In this document: positions 51,010 through 64,000 of the stretch, one piece after another | How positions within the stretch are numbered: position 1 is the first letter of the stretch | Layout of the letters: every line of letters begins with the position of its first letter | Origin: Eledone cirrhosa | Lineage: Eukaryota | NCBI GenBank assembly: GCA_964016885.1 | Contig: OZ024765.1 | Span: 5,828,001-5,892,000 of the forward strand | Direction: 5' to 3' | Length of the DNA stretch: 64,000 nt | The notes under the pieces: model-generated | Told to the model about the DNA's origin: nothing | The model's database searches: none | Seen by the model: the letters and a program-made list of their open reading frames with translations, nothing else | Program-made: the position numbers and the translations under genes

Positions 51010-51243
51010 ATAAACAACATAAGGCAATTATTCCATTTACCAGTGGTTTCTTAAAAGCAAAAGATTTTGCTTTCAATCCTCAGAATGAAAAAATCCTGGT
51101 CTGTTTATTGAATTTGGATTTTAAAAAACAAAAATGCAATCTATATGAAAGTGAGGCTGGAGAAAGAAGGAAAGGAAAAATAAAATAAAACCACACATGC
51201 AAACACACACACACACACAAAAGCATACATACACACACACACA

Positions 51244-51286
<43 letters not shown>

Positions 51287-51804
51287 CACACGTGTATATA
51301 AATACACACATACACATACACATATATACATACGCACATAAATATCAACACATCCATACATAGACATACATATATACAACCACACACACATATATATACA
51401 CACATACATACATATAGAAGCATATATATATATATATTTCGTTTCTGAATTTGTTTAGCAAGATTATTGGCAACATCACCCTCCCAAAGCATTATATATA
51501 TATATATATACACATATATATATATATATATATGCTTGTGTGTCTGTGTCTAATACAGTAAGCTTTATATTAAATACCACTGATTCCAGCTCTTTGCACT
51601 ATCGTATATTTTGGTTTCTAGTAATTCCCTGGGGAATTGGTTGACCAAATGCTTTCCTTAATTGTTTTATTTATTTATTTTTTAATGTTATTCTTTCTCT
51701 TATATTTCAGGTATTTTTTGAAAGCAAAGCATTGGCCCCTGCAATACTACAGTGGGCACCCTGGGGCCCACTTGCGATTGGGCAAGCTGGCCAGTCCGCC
51801 ACTG
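50399..51804. mobile_element. Non-autonomous TIR DNA transposon (hAT-like ends) in (TA)n
   Basis: 14-bp TIR CAGTGGCGGACTGG / CCAGTCCGCCACTG. Confidence 0.7.
51031..51090 (-). ncRNA. Minimal type I hammerhead ribozyme
   Basis: UUUCAUU-CUGAGGA-UUGAAAGCAAAA/UUUUGCUUUUAA-GAAA-CCACUGG-UA-AAUGGAA; all three stems supported. Confidence 0.75.
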
Positions 51805-52396
51805 TATATATATATATATGGTGGCTGCCAACTCGTTTTCGAATACGGCCACTATTTTATATCCATGTAGGAGAACCCCTAAAAATACTAGAAATGGCGA
51901 CTAAATATTCCTAAATTCAATGATATATATAATGTACGAGGGTAGGCTGACCAAGATACTCTCATGGAATGACCAAATGAGGTTAATTTTTCAACAGGAA
52001 AGATTGCACAACCCTAGCATCACTCCTTCATAGTGAGCCTATGAACTTTTAAGCCTACCTTCGTATATGTAAACAATGTATTTATTTAATATACAATTAA
52101 TTACTAAGAAATTCGAAATAATTTTTGCACCCATTTTTGCGATTAAGTAAAGACGAGATTTTGGCTTGGAGAAATTTAAGGAACTGATGTCGCTAAATCG
52201 CCAAATCATTTACCTGCCCCGTTGCACCATGGGAGGGTAATGGCTGCCTTTTTTTTTTCATACCACGGAAAACTTTTTAGTTTCTTTCTCGACAAAATGT
52301 TTTAATTATTTACTTATATGAAACAAGGAAGAAGATGCTGCGAAAGAAACTAAAGAATCTGCCATCGTTTAAAAAATAAAAGGCAGCCATTACCCT

Positions 52397-53152
52397 TTGC
52401 TTTATCCTTCTATGTTGTTTACTTGTCTCACTCGCTTTACGCGACCCACTTGTCCCAATAGCTTTTTTTAGTTATTGCTCGCACCAACCTGAGGTATATG
52501 ATTTTTAATGCGATGAAATACCAATGATGGTTGGCAAATCACTGACGAGGGACTAATTTTATAATATGTAACCCATGTGCAACCACGCAGTATTCCTCTT
52601 CTCATGTTTTTTATACTATTTACCTCGGCTGCGTTTGTCTGTTTCTCTCTTTCTCTCTCACTGCTCCCCCGTTCTCTCTGTTGCTCTCACCTTCTTTCGC
52701 CTCCTCTGTCAGTTACACTTTCTCTCGACTGACCTCTTCCTCGCACTTCCACTCACTCACTCTCTGTTTCTCCCCTTCTCACTTCCTCCCGTTTCGTTGG
52801 TAGTGGGGTTCTTTCCTTCTTTCTCACATCTCACTCACGTCGGACGGTCTGTTTTCTGACCGCTCATGAAATTCACCCAGCTTATGCTGACCGGATAACT
52901 ATCATGTTGCTTGCTGTTTTCCTACCTTCGGTTTGCTTTATCCTTCTATGTTGTTTACTTGTCTCACTCGCTTTACGCGACTCACTTGTCCCAATAGCTT
53001 TTTTTAGTTATTGCTCGCACCAACCTGAGGTATATGATTTTTAATGCGATGAAATACCAATGATTGTTGGCAAATCACCGACGAGGGACTAATTTTATAA
53101 TATGTAACCCATGTGCAACCACGCAGTATTCCTCTTCTCATGTTTTTTATAC

Positions 53153-53155
<3 letters not shown>
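52397..53155. repeat. ~220-bp direct repeats (52397-52620 / 52935-53155) flanking a CT-rich segment; pLTR-like
   Basis: tttgctttatccttctatg...ctcatgttttttatactat occurs twice. Confidence 0.7.
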
Positions 53156-53185
<30 letters not shown>

Positions 53186-53295
53186 TATGTACACACACAC
53201 ATATATATATAATATATTTATTATAAGAACAGATTAAAGTTTAAGCAAAGAATTGCTGCTTTCACTCTTAATGGGAATAATATATATATATATAT

Positions 53296-53708
53296 ATCAT
53301 CATCATCACCGTTTTAAGTCCATTCTTCCACGTGAGCATGGGTTAGGCGGGTTGTCCTGCTATGGGCAGTGCCCGGTTGGCTGACCATGTCTTGCTCATA
53401 CGGGAACTGATTCTGGCTTGATTTCTTCAGCTGGATGCCCTTCCAAAAACTAACCTCATTTACAGTGAGTGCTGGGTGCTTTTTTTTCCCGTGGCGCCTA
53501 CATGTCCACGTTTACAGTGTGGGCTGGGTGCTTTTTTGCCGTGGTACCTCCACGACCACTTTGCAGTGGAATGATAGGGACCCTGGAGCAATGTAAAATA
53601 AAGTGTCTTGCTCAAGGAAACAAACAACACATCACCTGGTCTGAGGATTGAACTCACAACCTTTCGATTGCAAGCCCAATGCTCTAACCATTAAGCCATG
53701 CGCCTTCA
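53296..53708 (-). mobile_element. SINE family A copy
   Basis: tRNA head through to (GAT)n tail. Confidence 0.8.
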
Positions 53709-54574
53709 TATATATAATATATACACAGTGTACCCCACATTCGCAGTCCTGGTTATTTTCCTCAGACCCTAACTAATAATTGTTTGTGGAAACCACCGCA
53801 TACACGCAGAATCGTAAATACCCTCCACAAATTTTTTAATGGCTTTTTTTGTGGCAATATCATCATCATCATCGTTTAACGTCCATCTTCCACGCTAGCA
53901 TGGTTCTGGATGGGAATTGTCCCACTTGAGGCAAGATTGGTTGTCTTGCTCAGGACTGACTGGCGGGTTTTCTACGGCTGGATGCCCTTCCTAACACCAA
54001 CCACGTTTACAGTGTGGACTGGGAGGTTTTTACCGTGCTACCTACACGACCACATTACAGCGTGGACTGAGTGTCTTTTTTTGTCTTGACACCAGCACGA
54101 CCTCATTTATTTAGGACTGGATGTTGTGGTACCAACATAGCTTTACATTGAAAGGGGTGGTGCAGAGGGGGGTGTGGGTAAGTGTAGTGGGATGGGGGAG
54201 TATTTTGGTTAAGAGGTGCCTACTGACTGTAGGTTTCACTTTGTACTTAGGCAAGGCGGGTCTTCTGTATTATTGCGCAGCGCCAAAGATCTCGGTATAT
54301 ATTTTTTAACACTAACTTATCAGTAACAATACACTGTATGTACTGGCCCTCCGCATAAGACGTTCCCTCTTTTTTTTAAAAATTATATTTTATGTTATAT
54401 TTTGATATTTGTAGGCATTTTTATGGACCGCATTCAATATTTGCCCTTTTTCATTGGGTCTCATTCACTGAGAAATATTTTTTTAAAATCATGTTCACTT
54501 AAAAATAATTTGTCTGACGCTCTACTGATTCACCCAATAATAATAATAGCAACAACAACAACAATAATTATTAT

Positions 54575-55530
54575 TATTTCTACTTTAGGCACAAGGCCAG
54601 CAATTTGGGGAGAGGGAAAAGTCGATAAATTGACCCCAGTGCATTACTGGTACTTTATTTTATCAACCCTGTAAGGATGAATGGCAAAGTTAACCTCGGC
54701 GGGATTTGACCTTAGAATGTAAAGGGACGTAACTCCATGCCGCAAAGCACGTTGTCCGACGCTCTACCGAAACTGTCAATAATAATAATTGTTTCTACTT
54801 TTGGCACAAGGCCAGCAATTACCCAGTGCATTACTGGTACTTTATTTTATCGACCCTGTAAGGATGAAAGGCAAAGCTGACCTCGGCGGGATTTGAACTC
54901 AGACCATAAAGGGACGTAACTCTATGCTGCAAAGCATGGTGTCTGACCCTCTACCAATACTGCCAAAGCACTGCCCTCAGCAATAATAATAATAATAATA
55001 ATTGTTTGTACTTCTGGCACAAGGCCAGCAATAACCTCCCAGTGTATTACTGGTACTTTATTTTATCGACCCCGTAAGGATGAAAGGCAAAGTTAACCTC
55101 GGTGGGATTTGAACTCAGAATGGCAAGGGCTGGGAGTTCAAATCCGACCGAGGTTAACTTTGCCTTTCATCCTTACGAGGGTCGATAAAATAAAGTACCA
55201 GTAATACACTGGGAGGTTATTGCTGGCCTTGTGCCAAAAGTACAAACAATTATTATTATTATTATTATTATTATTGCTGAGGGCAGTGCTTTGGCAGTAT
55301 CGGTAGAGGGTCAGACGCCATGCTTTGCAGCATAGAGTTACGTCCCTTTATGATCTGAGTTCAAATCCCGCCGAGGTCAACTTTGCCTTTCATCCTTACG
55401 GGGTCGATAAAATAAAGTACCAGTAATGCACTGGGTAATTGCTGGCCTTGTGCCAAAAGTAGAAACAATTATTATTATTATTGACAGTTTCGGTAGAGCG
55501 TCGGACAACGTGCTTTGCGGCATGGAGTTA
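54575..55530. mobile_element. Cluster of family-B SINEs containing a ~390-bp-arm palindrome
   Basis: Arms ~54730-55116 and ~55133-55530 are reverse complements, including the inter-SINE linkers. Confidence 0.85.
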
Positions 55531-55546
55531 TTGCTGGCCTTGTGCC

Positions 55547-55580
<34 letters not shown>

Positions 55581-55869
55581 CCACCACCACCACCAAGAAT
55601 AATAAGCCGTAAGTGGAAGAAAGAAGATTTTATGCAGGAATTTTTCACACTTTGATCCAACATTCAAAGATTTCATCCAAAGTACACCTTAAAGTCATTC
55701 TGTGATTCAGTTTTGGGCAGAGGAGAGGAGGGAGGTGACAAGGTAGGGCCTTCTTCCCCTTGACACATTTATCGCTCCCACCAGAAACCCCTGACATTTC
55801 ACCTCATCACTTCAACCTTTCATGAAAACAACAAAACAGGAGAAATGAAGGTCTGAAAGAGATACTCAC

Positions 55870-56255
55870 AACACACACACACACAAATGTGTGTGTGTGT
55901 TGTGAGTGTGTGAATTGTTATTGTGAGTGAGTGTGTTGTTAGTGTGAGTGAGAGTGTGTGTGAGTGTGTGTGTTGTTAGTGTGAGTGAGAGTGTGTGTGA
56001 GTGTGTGTGTTGTTAGTGTGAGTGAGAGTGTGTGTGAGTGTGTGTGTTGTTAGTGTGAGTGAGAGTGTGTGTGAGTGTGTGTGTTGTTAGTGTGAGTGAA
56101 TGTGTGTGTGTGTTGTTAGTGTGAGTGAATGTGTGCGCGTGTGTGTGTGAGAGTGTGTGTTAGTGTGTGTGTGAATGCGTGTGTAGTTATTGTGAATGCG
56201 TTGTGGTATGTGTCTGTGTGTGTTGTTATAAGTATGTTCATGTGTAGAGTTATTC

Positions 56256-56287
<32 letters not shown>

Positions 56288-56437
56288 GTTACTGTTATAG
56301 TGTGTGAGTGTGTAGAGTTATTCTGTGTGTGTGTGTGTGTGGTTACTGTCATAGTGTGTGAGTGTGTAAAGATATTCTGTCTGTGTGTGTTGCTGCTATT
56401 ATATATGTGTGTGTATGTGGTTGGGTGTCTGTATGTG

Positions 56438-56478
<41 letters not shown>

Positions 56479-56817
56479 AAAGAGAAAGAAAGAGAAATAA
56501 AGAGAGTGGAAAAGAGAGATAAAGAGAGTGGAAAAGAGAAAGAGAGATAAAAAGAGTGGAAAAGAGAAAGAGATAAAAAGAGTGGAAAAGAGAAAGAAAG
56601 AGTGGAAAAGAGAAAGAAAGAGTGGAAAAGAGAAAGAAAGAGTGGAAAAGAGAAAGAAAGAGTTAAATAAAGAGAGAAACATCCTTGGTCTCAATGTTTA
56701 TTTATTGGGGGAGGGGAAGGGGAATGTACATATCTGTAGTGGATGTGTGTGTGTGTGTATATATATGTGTGTGTGTGTATATATGTGTGTGTGTATATAT
56801 ATATATATATGTGCATG

Positions 56818-56848
<31 letters not shown>

Positions 56849-57043
56849 GCATGTATATATATATATGTATGCATGTATATATATATATATATATATATGT
56901 ATGTAAAAGATATATATATATACATATATATACATACACACACACATATATATATATGTGTATATATATACATACACATACATATATATATATACATACA
57001 CACATATATATATACAGACACACACATTATATATCTCTCTCTC

Positions 57044-57090
<47 letters not shown>
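55870..57090. repeat. Compound (GT)n, (GA)n, GAAAA-type and (AT)n low-complexity block downstream of the ERp44 stop
   Basis: Direct inspection. Confidence 0.9.
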
Positions 57091-57096
<6 letters not shown>

Positions 57097-57345
57097 TTGT
57101 TCAATAAATCACCGTGTTTTAATTTTGATCCGTAAAGACATACAATATAAACAAAAACAAAAACATAGATAATGAAAAAAATTTACAAAAATTATGTGGG
57201 GTTTTTTTGCTTTTTTTTTTTTTAGAATTTTGAGTGGAAGGGATTGGGTGAGGGGTCGGGGAAGGTAGATGTAAAAAAAATTATTTTTTTAAAATTAACA
57301 AAAAAAAAAATCTTAAAAAAAAAAAAAACTCATCCTAAATGATAT

Positions 57346-57397
<52 letters not shown>

Positions 57398-57420
57398 AGA
57401 GAGAACGGCTGGTTCTCCTC

Positions 57421-57543
57421 CTAGAGTTCATCCCTAACAAGTGTGTAGCGTTTACTTGAAGGTTTTAATTTCTTAAATGTTGACTCTGGTGGACTAGTAG
57501 GCTGTTTCACTTCCTGGTCATCGGTCTCCACCTCCTCGTCCGC
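57421..57543 (-). CDS. ERP44: ERp44 last exon (...SPPESTFKKLKPSSKRYTLVRDEL*)
   Basis: ERp44 C-tail PPESxF..L.PS..RYTL and ER-retrieval signal RDEL, then TAG. Confidence 0.95.
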   Translation of the reverse strand, partial: ADEEVETDDQEVKQPTSPPESTFKKLKPSSKRYTLVRDEL

Positions 57544-57594
57544 CTGCAACAACAACAAAACAAGCAAACATTAGAAATTACTTTTAAACATTTC

Positions 57595-58342
57595 CAAACT
57601 AATCCAATCCAAACCAATCCAATCCAATCCAAACCAAACCAAACCAAACCAAACCAATCCAATCCAATCCAATCCAAACCAAACCAATCTAATCCAAACC
57701 AAACCAATCCAAACCAATCCAATCCAATCCAATCCAAACCAAACCAATCCAATCCAATCCAAACCAATCCAAACCAATCCAATCCAATCCAAACCAAACC
57801 AATCCAATCCAAACCAAACCAATCCAATCCAAACCAAACCAAACCAATCCAATCCAATCCAAACCAATCCAAACCAATCCAATCCAATCCAATCCAAACC
57901 AAACCAATCCAATCCAATCCAATCCAATCCAAACCAAACCAATCCAAACCAAACCAATCCAATCCAATCCAAACCAAACCAATCCAATCCAAACCAAACC
58001 AATCCAATCCAAACCAAACCAAACCAAACCAATCTAATCCAAACCAAACCAATCCAAACCAAACCAAACCAATCCAAACCAAACCAAACCAATCCAATCC
58101 AAACCAAACCAAACCAAACCAATCTAATCCAAACCAATCTAATCCAAACCAAACCAAACCAATCTAATCCAAACCAAACCAAACCAAACCAATCTAATCC
58201 AAACCAATCCAAACCAAACCAAACTAAACCAAACTAATCCAAACCAAACCAAACCAAACCAAACCAAACCAAACCAATCCAAACCAAACCAAACCAAACC
58301 AAACCAATCCAAACCAAACCAAACCAAACCAATCCAATCCAA
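57595..58342. repeat. (AACCA/ATCCA)n pentanucleotide microsatellite
   Basis: Direct inspection. Confidence 0.97.
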
Positions 58343-58728
58343 TGTCTTCTCACTCCTGTTGGAGGAACCTCTCCCTGTTTGACCTCTGTCACTTTCTGTC
58401 TGGTTTTGGTCTTGCCCCCTTTAACAGCTCTTGTCTTTTAGTGCTGCTGGGGTTCCCCTTCCTCTCAACACCAGGGCCTGGCGGGGGAGCTGGTTTAGTC
58501 ACTGACCAGTTAACCATAAACCTGGTTGTTCTGGGTTACATGATACCACATAGAGAGAGGGAGGGAGATAGAGAGGAGCAGTGGTAGAGTGAGAGGTAAA
58601 ATGAAAGAAGGGGTAGCTATTTGAAAAGAGACATAGAGAGGGAGAGGTGGAGAGAGAAGGGTAGAGGTAAAGAGAGGTAGAGAGAGAGAAAGAGAGGTAG
58701 AGAGAGAGAGAGGGGTAGGGAGACTTAC

Positions 58729-58834
58729 ATTTGTTATCTCTGGAGGCTCAGTAGGGTCTGGTCCATGATGGAATTCACGGTGGAGTTTGCCAGAATGCAG
58801 ATCTTCAATGAATTGTTTCAATAAAGTGGATTTT
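58729..58834 (-). CDS. ERP44: ERp44 exon (LKQFIEDLHSGKLHREFHHGPDPT)
   Basis: Diagnostic His-cluster DLHSGKLHREFHHGPDP; phase 2 to 0. Confidence 0.95.
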
Positions 58835-58859
58835 CTAAAACATAGAATGGTTGAATATT

Positions 58860-59690
58860 ATCACACTGCACCACAACACAACACTGCACCACCACACAAC
58901 ACAATACAGCAACACCACAACACAACACCACCACACTGCACCACAACACAACACAACACTGCACCACCACAACACAACACCACACTGCACCACCACACAA
59001 CACAATACAGCAACACCACAACACCACCACACAGCACAATACAACACCACCACACTGCACCACAACACAACACCACCACACTGCACCACAACACAACACA
59101 ACACAATACCACAACACCACAACACAACACCACCACAACACAACACCACACAACACAATACAGCAACACCACAACACCACCACACTGCACCACAACACAA
59201 CACAACACCACACTACATCACAACCCAACACCACACTGCACCACAGCACAACACCACACTGCATCACAACACAACACCACCCTGCATCACAACACAACAC
59301 CACCCTACATCACAACACAACACCACACTGCACCACCACACAACACAATACAGCAACACCACAACACAACACCCCCACACTGCACCACAATACAATACAA
59401 TACAGCAACACTGAACTACAATACATCACAACACAACACCACACTGCATCACAACACAACACTGCACCACAACACAACACCACAATACTGCATCACAACA
59501 CACCACCACCACACTGCACCACAACAACACAATACTGCATCATACCACAACACCACCACACTGTACCACAACATCACAATACCGCACCACCATACTACAA
59601 CACAACACCACCTCACAATACTGCACCACTGCATCATACCACAACACCACAACACTGCATCACACCACCATACTGTATCACAATACAACA
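58860..59690. repeat. CA-rich low-complexity repeat (CACAA/CAC/CTGCAC)
   Basis: Direct inspection. Confidence 0.93.
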
Positions 59691-59744
59691 CCTCTTTCAA
59701 AGCATCTCTCTAGAGTGTTTGTTCCAAGGATAGGTTTTGCTCCA

Positions 59745-61556
59745 GGTCCCAGGCTTTCAGATCATCCCTGTTTACCTCGCACTAGGTTTTAGGTGGGCAC
59801 CCTTCCTCTCCCCCATCTACCAGGGGCCACAATCTTGGTCCCAGGCTTTCAGATCATCCCTGTTTACCTCGCACTAGGTTTTAGGTGGGCACCCTTCCTC
59901 TCCCCCATCTACCAGGGGCCACAATCTTGGTTCTAGGCTTTCAGATCATCTCTGATTACCTCGCACTAGGTTTTAGGTGGGCACCCTTCCTCTCCCCCAT
60001 CTACCAGGGGCCACAATCTTGGTTCTAGGCTTTCAGATCATCCCTGATTACCTCGCACTAGGTTTTAGGTGGGCACCCTTCCTCTCCCCCATCTACCAGG
60101 GGCCACAATCTTGGTTCTAGGCTTTCAGATCATCCCTGATTACCTCGCACTAGGTTTTAGGTGGGCACCCTTCCTCTCCCCCATCTACCAGGGGCCACAA
60201 TCTTGGTTCTAGGCTTTCAGATCATCCCTGTTTACCTCGCACTAGGTTTTAGGTGGGCACCCTTCCTCTCCCCCATCTACCAGGGGCCACAATCTTGGTT
60301 CTAGGCTTTCAGATCATCCCTGTTTACCTCGCACTAGGTTTTAGGTGGGCACCCTTCCTCTCCCCCATCTACCAGGGGCCACAATCTTGGTTCTAGGCTT
60401 TCAGATCATCTCTGATTACCTCGCACTAGGTTTTAGGTAGGCACCCTTCCTCTCCCCCATCTACCAGGGGCCACAATCTTGGTTCTAGGCTTTCAGATCA
60501 TCCCTGTTTACCTCGCACTAGGTTTTAGGTGGGCACCCTTCCTCTCCCCCATCTACCAGGGGCCACAATCTTGGTTCTAGGCTTTCAGATCATCCCTGTT
60601 TACCTCGCACTAGGTTTTAGGTGGGCACCCTTCCTCTCCCCCATCTACCAGGGGCCACAATCTTGGTTCTAGGCTTTCAGATCATCCCTGTTTACCTCGC
60701 ACTAGGTTTTAGGTGGGCACCCTTCCTCTCCCCCATCTACCAGGGGCCACAATCTTGGTTCTAGGCTTTCAGATCATCTCTGATTACCTCGCACTAGGTT
60801 TTAGGTGGGTTCCTCCCTTTCCCCATCTACCAGGGGCCACAATCTTGGTTCTAGGCTTTCAGATCATCCCTGATTACCTCGCACTAGGTTTTAGGTGGGC
60901 ACCCTTCCTCTCCCCCATCTACCAGGGGCCACAATCTTGGTTCTAGGCTTTCAGATCATCCCTGATTACCTCGCACTAGGTTTTAGGTGGGCACCCTTCC
61001 TCTCCCCCATCTACCAGGGGCCACAATCTTGGTTCTAGGCTTTCAGATCATCTCTGATTACCTCGCACTAGGTTTTAGGTGGGTTCCTCCCTTTCCCCAT
61101 CTACCAGGGGCCACAATCTTGGTTCTAGGCTTTCAGATCATCCCTGATTACCTCGCACTAGGTTTTAGGTGGGCACCCTTCCTCTCCCCCATCTACCAGG
61201 GGCCACAATCTTGGTTCTAGGCTTTCAGATCATCCCTGTTTACCTCGCACTAGGTTTTAGGTGGGCACCCTTCCTCTCCCCCATCTACCAGGGGCCACAA
61301 TCTTGGTTCTAGGCTTTCAGATCATCCCTGTTTACCTCGCACTAGGTTTTAGGTGGGCACCCTTCCTCTCCCCCATCTACCAGGGGCCACAATCTTGGTT
61401 CTAGGCTTTCAGATCATCCCTGTTTACCTCGCACTAGGTTTTAGGTGGGCACCCTTCCTCTCCCCCATCTACCAGGGGCCACAATCTTGGTTCTAGGCTT
61501 TCAGATCATCCCTGATTACCTCGCACTAGGTTTTAGGTGGGCTCCTCTCTTTCCCC
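59745..61556. repeat. 92-bp minisatellite, ~20 copies, in ERp44 intron
   Basis: caggggccac at 59821, 59913 and 60005. Confidence 0.97.
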
Positions 61557-61955
61557 ATTAACCCATTAGCCTTCACATTACTCTGTATTTTCACAGTGAA
61601 GGCTTTATCTCACATAATATCGTATCTATGAGAATTTGATATTATTTATTTTGAGAACAATACCTTAACATTAGTATGAGCAGCTCATTATAACCAGTTT
61701 GAACAGAAAGAGGTGAGAGAACTCTGGCTGGACATGACTGGTTTAAATGCTAAAGGGTTAAGCTAAAATACATTAAAAATTGAAAAAAAAAAAGTCTCTG
61801 ATGTAGACACAAAGCCAACCATTTTGGTGGAGGAGAAAGTCAATTAAATTGACCCTAGTGTGTTACTGGTACTTTATTTCACTGAGCCCATAAGGATGAC
61901 TGGCAAGGTTAACCGTGACAGGATCTGAATTCAATAACAATAATGGTTTAAAATA

Positions 61956-62147
61956 TAGGCACAAGGCCAGCAATTTGAAGGAGGGGAAAGTCGATTAAAT
62001 CGACCCCAGTGCGTGACTGGTACTTAATTTTATCGACCCCGTAAGGATGAAAGGCAAAGTTAACCTCGGCGGGATTTGAACTCGGACCATAAAGGGACGT
62101 AACTTTTTGCTGCAAACCATGGCGTCCGACCCTCTACCGATACTGCC
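61956..62147 (-). mobile_element. SINE family B copy in ERp44 intron
   Basis: Matches the other copies. Confidence 0.8.
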
Positions 62148-62192
62148 AAGCCAATAATAACAACAACAACAAAACAAGGGTAGGTAACTCAC

Positions 62193-62340
62193 GCTAAATT
62201 ATCTTTGACATTGTGTGGGAAGACATACATATGTCTGAAACTGTCAATGGCTAACACAGGTAAATCATTGGTGCTTTTGCCTAGGTGATGTAATGGATGG
62301 GTGAACTTGAGTCCATCAGCCGTCAGGAAATTAACATTAT
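62193..62340 (-). CDS. ERP44: ERp44 exon (NFLTADGLKFTHPLHHLGKS..LPVLAIDSFRHMYVF)
   Basis: Recognisable ERp44 b' domain sequence AIDSFRHMYVF; tag/gtgagt boundaries. The gene continues beyond the window. Confidence 0.93.
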
Positions 62341-62737
62341 CTACAACAACAACAAGTCATCATCATCATCATCATCATATTAGTAGTAAAACAATGCAGA
62401 GAATATGCAACAAGATAAAAAATGAAATTTACACACAACCACACACATATACAGCCATCCACACACACACACACACACATACAGAGAGTGACATTCGTTT
62501 ATTGTAGATAGACTCCTCCATTACCAAAGGTTTGTGGATAACAGACGACAATAATATAAGTTTGGACCGTTCGTCAGACAGAGATGTTATCTGATAACAT
62601 CCAGAAACCTTTGGTAATGGAGTATTTATATACTGTGTTGTTCACTTTTTAATTAAATAGCTCTGTTCTATACATAGAGCACTCTTTTTTCCTTTGATTT
62701 TCCTTTGATTTACCTAACATATATAAACATTATATAT

Positions 62738-63222
62738 ACTAGCAGAAAAACCACCCAAAGAGTGGTTTTCTGCTAGCCTGTGTAGTGTGTATATTGATAT
62801 TATATGCAGGTATATATACATGTAGATATGATACATCAAATAAAATCGTAATTGACAATATATAATACACAGAAAGTGACCGAAGACTGCGTTACACTGT
62901 CTTATTTAATCAGTAACGTAATCCATGATACATTAAAAAGAGACTATTATATATAAACTGCATTAGGAGAAAATTAGTGACAGAAAATTAGTATGTTTAT
63001 TTAAGCGATCGCTAACCGGAAGTGTTGACATTTCAGAAATTTTAAAGAAGTGAATCTTTAAATAAACAAAATATATTTAATCAACAGCCACGAAATTTAG
63101 TAGATAAATTATGTAATATTCATTCATTATTTATTCAAAGTAATTCAACTTATTTTACTAATGGGATAAAAAATTATAAACCGTACGCAGTCCCACGCTC
63201 CTCCCTTTATTATAGTTTAGAT
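62738..63222 (+). mobile_element. ~490-bp non-autonomous Helitron/Helentron-like element
   Basis: Starts ACTAGCAGAAAAACCAC..GTGGTTTTCTGCTAG (hairpin) and ends TTATAGTTTAGAT; three copies in the window. Class assignment is inference. Confidence 0.55.
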
Positions 63223-63794
63223 ATAGTTCGGAATATCAGAAAACAAAAAACAGACAAACACAGGAGTAAATGTTACAAATATTATTAGTTTCATGCTTAG
63301 TGAGAGTGGGAGGTGTGTGGTTACGACATTTCAGGCATAAGCCCTTCATCAGGAGAGTGGTGGGGGAGTTAGCGAGAAAAAAAAGAGATAAAAATAAAAC
63401 ATGAAGTGGAAAATAAAAAAGTTAAATATATCACTGTAAATGAGGTTGGTGTTAGGAAGGGCATCCAGCTGTAGAAACCAAGCCAGAATCAGTTCCCGTA
63501 TGAGCAAGACATGGTCACCTGACCTGGCATTGCCCACAACAGGACAACCCGTCTAACCCACAAAAGCATGGAAGAATGGATGTAAAACGGTGATGATGGA
63601 CATACACAGTAAAGTGTGGTTGGTGTTAGGAAGATCTTCCAGCCATAGAAATGAACAAAACAATGGTTGTCCGAGTCTGTCTAGACTCAGTACATGACTA
63701 TCTGTCTAACCCATGCAGACATGGACAATAGACATTAAATGGTGCTGATGATGATAATGATGATGATGGCTATGAAGATGATGATGTGTATACC

Positions 63795-64000
63795 ACATTA
63801 CAGTGTGTACGGGGAGGGGTTTGTGTGTACTGGAAGAGGTTTGTGTGTACAGCACAATGTGTACTGGAAGTGGTTTGTGTGTACACTACATTAGTGTGTA
63901 CAACACATTACAGTGTGTACTGGAAGTGGTTTGTGTGTACAACACATTAGTGTGTACTGGAAGAGGTTTGTGTGTACAGCACAATGTGTACTGGAAGTGG
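63795..64000. repeat. Short tandem repeat (gtgtactggaagtggtttgtgtgtac...)
   Basis: Direct inspection; runs off the window. Confidence 0.85.

Noticed and set aside
52480-52540. Hammerhead-like motif CCAAC-CTGAGGT...GAAA...GTTGG in the direct repeats
   Set aside because: The core deviates (A9 replaced) and stems II and III are poor; at most a decayed relic.
58354-58530. Possible extra ERp44 exon ending GGA|gtgag (…KQGEVPPTG)
   Set aside because: No convincing in-phase acceptor; the tested acceptors lead to stops, and the flanking exons already join in phase.
62515-62625. Hairpin with GAAACCTTTGGTA and CTGACGA fragments
   Set aside because: The core boxes are not on the same strand in the required order; only a rearranged PLE remnant.

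Overview
Repeat-rich, AT-rich eukaryotic genomic DNA. The SINE/RTE/microsatellite repertoire suggests a coleoid cephalopod, probably octopus; this is inference. Two intron-containing genes lie on the minus strand. (1) A senataxin/Sen1-type SF1B helicase gene (SETX-like), which I assembled by hand into 22 phase-compatible GT-AG exons from a candidate ATG at 48783 to TGA at 13491 (about 2040 aa). Its N-terminal ~1250 aa are low-complexity and carry an array of acidic ATQ[IV]D motifs, and I find no Sen1 N-terminal domain. (2) The last three coding exons of ERp44, ending in RDEL at 57421. Introns and intergenic DNA hold RTE LINE fragments (one with an intact RT plus PHD-finger ORF), two SINE families, Helitron-like and TIR elements, many mini/microsatellites, and Penelope-like remnants with hammerhead ribozymes (HHRs). 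The most striking observation is a 565-bp tandem array at about 10740-12980, just downstream of the SETX stop and on the same strand. Each unit carries a type I HHR fold preceded by CRE-like and TATA-like motifs, so it resembles a non-LTR retrozyme that could yield 565-nt circular RNAs and possibly cut the SETX 3' read-through. Also notable are intronic minisatellites that have multiplied SETX splice sites. Most long ORFs in the ORF track are repeat artefacts.
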